A stretch of 27,487 nt of DNA from a virus (taxonomy: Duplodnaviria; Caudoviricetes), in IMG/VR virus record IMGVR_UViG_3300025120_000423, positions 1 through 27,487 of that record. One strand, 5' to 3'. The notes below the pieces were generated by a model, which searched no databases, was not told the DNA's origin, and saw only the letters and a program-made list of their open reading frames with translations. The translations under genes were made by a program, and so were the position numbers. Below, in pieces: positions 27,125 to 27,487 of this stretch (the first letter of the stretch is position 1; each line of letters begins with the position of its first letter).

Positions 27125-27301
27125 TCATTCTTGAATATTAATTTGACCTTCCTTTAAATCATCATGCATAATCTCTTGAAGCACTCTTTCTTCTGGATCA
27201 TTCGTTTTTTTGGGCAATGACCAGTAATCTGTGGTCAAACTTGTTGTTCCCCACACTTCTTTCATGTAACTTGTACTTCTATCAATCGGTGAATTGCCCA
27301 T
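27125..27301 (-). CDS. Small hypothetical protein (58 aa; below ORF-track cutoff)
   Basis: MGNSPIDRSTSYMKEVWGTTSLTTDYWSLPKKTNDPEERVLQEIMHDDLKEGQINIQE*; AGGAG Shine-Dalgarno 4 nt before the ATG; fills the gap between the upstream gene and the gp25 promoter. Confidence 0.8.
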   Translation of the reverse strand: MGNSPIDRSTSYMKEVWGTTSLTTDYWSLPKKTNDPEERVLQEIMHDDLKEGQINIQE

Positions 27302-27305
27302 TTTA

Positions 27306-27310
27306 CTCCT
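27306..27310 (-). promoter_or_regulatory. Shine-Dalgarno AGGAG of the 58-aa ORF
   Basis: Minus strand reads AATAGGAGTAAAATG. Confidence 0.75.
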
Positions 27311-27323
27311 ATTTTATTAGAAT

Positions 27324-27350
27324 AGAACTTTTTGAGGGGTTCCTATCCCT
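27324..27350 (-). promoter_or_regulatory. Candidate H-type RNA pseudoknot in the 5' leader of the 58-aa ORF
   Basis: AGGG AUA GGAAC CCCU CAAAAA GUUCU: stem 1 AGGG/CCCU, stem 2 GGAAC/GUUCU, A-rich connecting loop; locally G/C-rich within an AT-rich gap. Confidence 0.5.
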
Positions 27351-27354
27351 ATTT

Positions 27355-27362
27355 TATTTATT
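27355..27362 (-). promoter_or_regulatory. Late promoter variant AATAAATA overlapping the upstream stop codon
   Basis: NATAAATA is the relaxed late consensus described for cyanomyoviruses. It would start transcription at about the first base of the candidate pseudoknot. Confidence 0.6.
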
Positions 27363-27487
27363 TTTCACCCTCTTCGGATGAATTTTCACGTTCCTGTGCA
27401 GTTTTCCAGAAATATTCGTCCTCTCTACCCATCCCAAGTCGTTCAAAACCATTTTCAACTTGATAATATTGAGTCGAAACCTTAAAA
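27358..27487 (-). CDS. 3' end of a hypothetical phage protein (truncated by the window edge)
   Basis: Open frame ...FKVSTQYYQVENGFERLGMGREDEYFWKTAQERENSSEEGEK* ending in TAA at 27358-27360; same strand as the module. Confidence 0.75.
   Translation of the reverse strand, partial: FKVSTQYYQVENGFERLGMGREDEYFWKTAQERENSSEEGEK

Larger units (their letters stand above)
1..27487 (-). other. T4-like (cyano)myovirus baseplate-neck late gene module
   Basis: Order gp25-gp6-gp7-gp8-large structural protein-small ORFs-gp13-gp14, all on the minus strand and tightly packed, with TATAAATA late promoters. gp25 adjacent to gp6 and enlarged gp7/gp8/gp14 are typical of cyanomyoviruses rather than T4 itself. Confidence 0.93.

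Noticed and set aside
27324-27370. Pseudoknot as a readthrough or -1 frameshift signal for the upstream gene
   Set aside because: It lies 7 nt after the TAA, but in-frame TAG stops follow at once, there is no canonical slippery heptamer, and the -1 frame stops before reaching the 58-aa ORF.

Overview
AT-rich (roughly 30% GC by eye) segment of a T4-like myovirus genome, most consistent with a cyanomyovirus (Kyanoviridae-like). It is the late virion-structure module, entirely on the minus strand. Read right to left: end of a hypothetical gene, a 58-aa ORF missed by the ORF track, gp25, gp6, a giant 4004-aa gp7, gp8, a 2467-aa DUF4815/VrlC-like structural protein, 65-aa and 111-aa small proteins, a 293-aa repeat-containing fibre-like protein, neck gp13, and neck gp14 (also missed; it runs off the left edge). 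T4 late promoters (TATAAATA) precede gp25, gp8 and the 111-aa gene. Points most worth following up: (i) a compact H-type pseudoknot in the leader of the 58-aa ORF that is mutually exclusive with a hairpin hiding the Shine-Dalgarno, i.e. a possible RNA switch; (ii) a short G-[IVLF]-[GS]-T motif spread across unrelated virion proteins; (iii) the nested-insertion architecture of gp7, including a split, degenerate YHYH-like domain; (iv) possible late promoters embedded about 100 nt upstream of both giant genes. All family assignments come from motif recognition, not from database searches.
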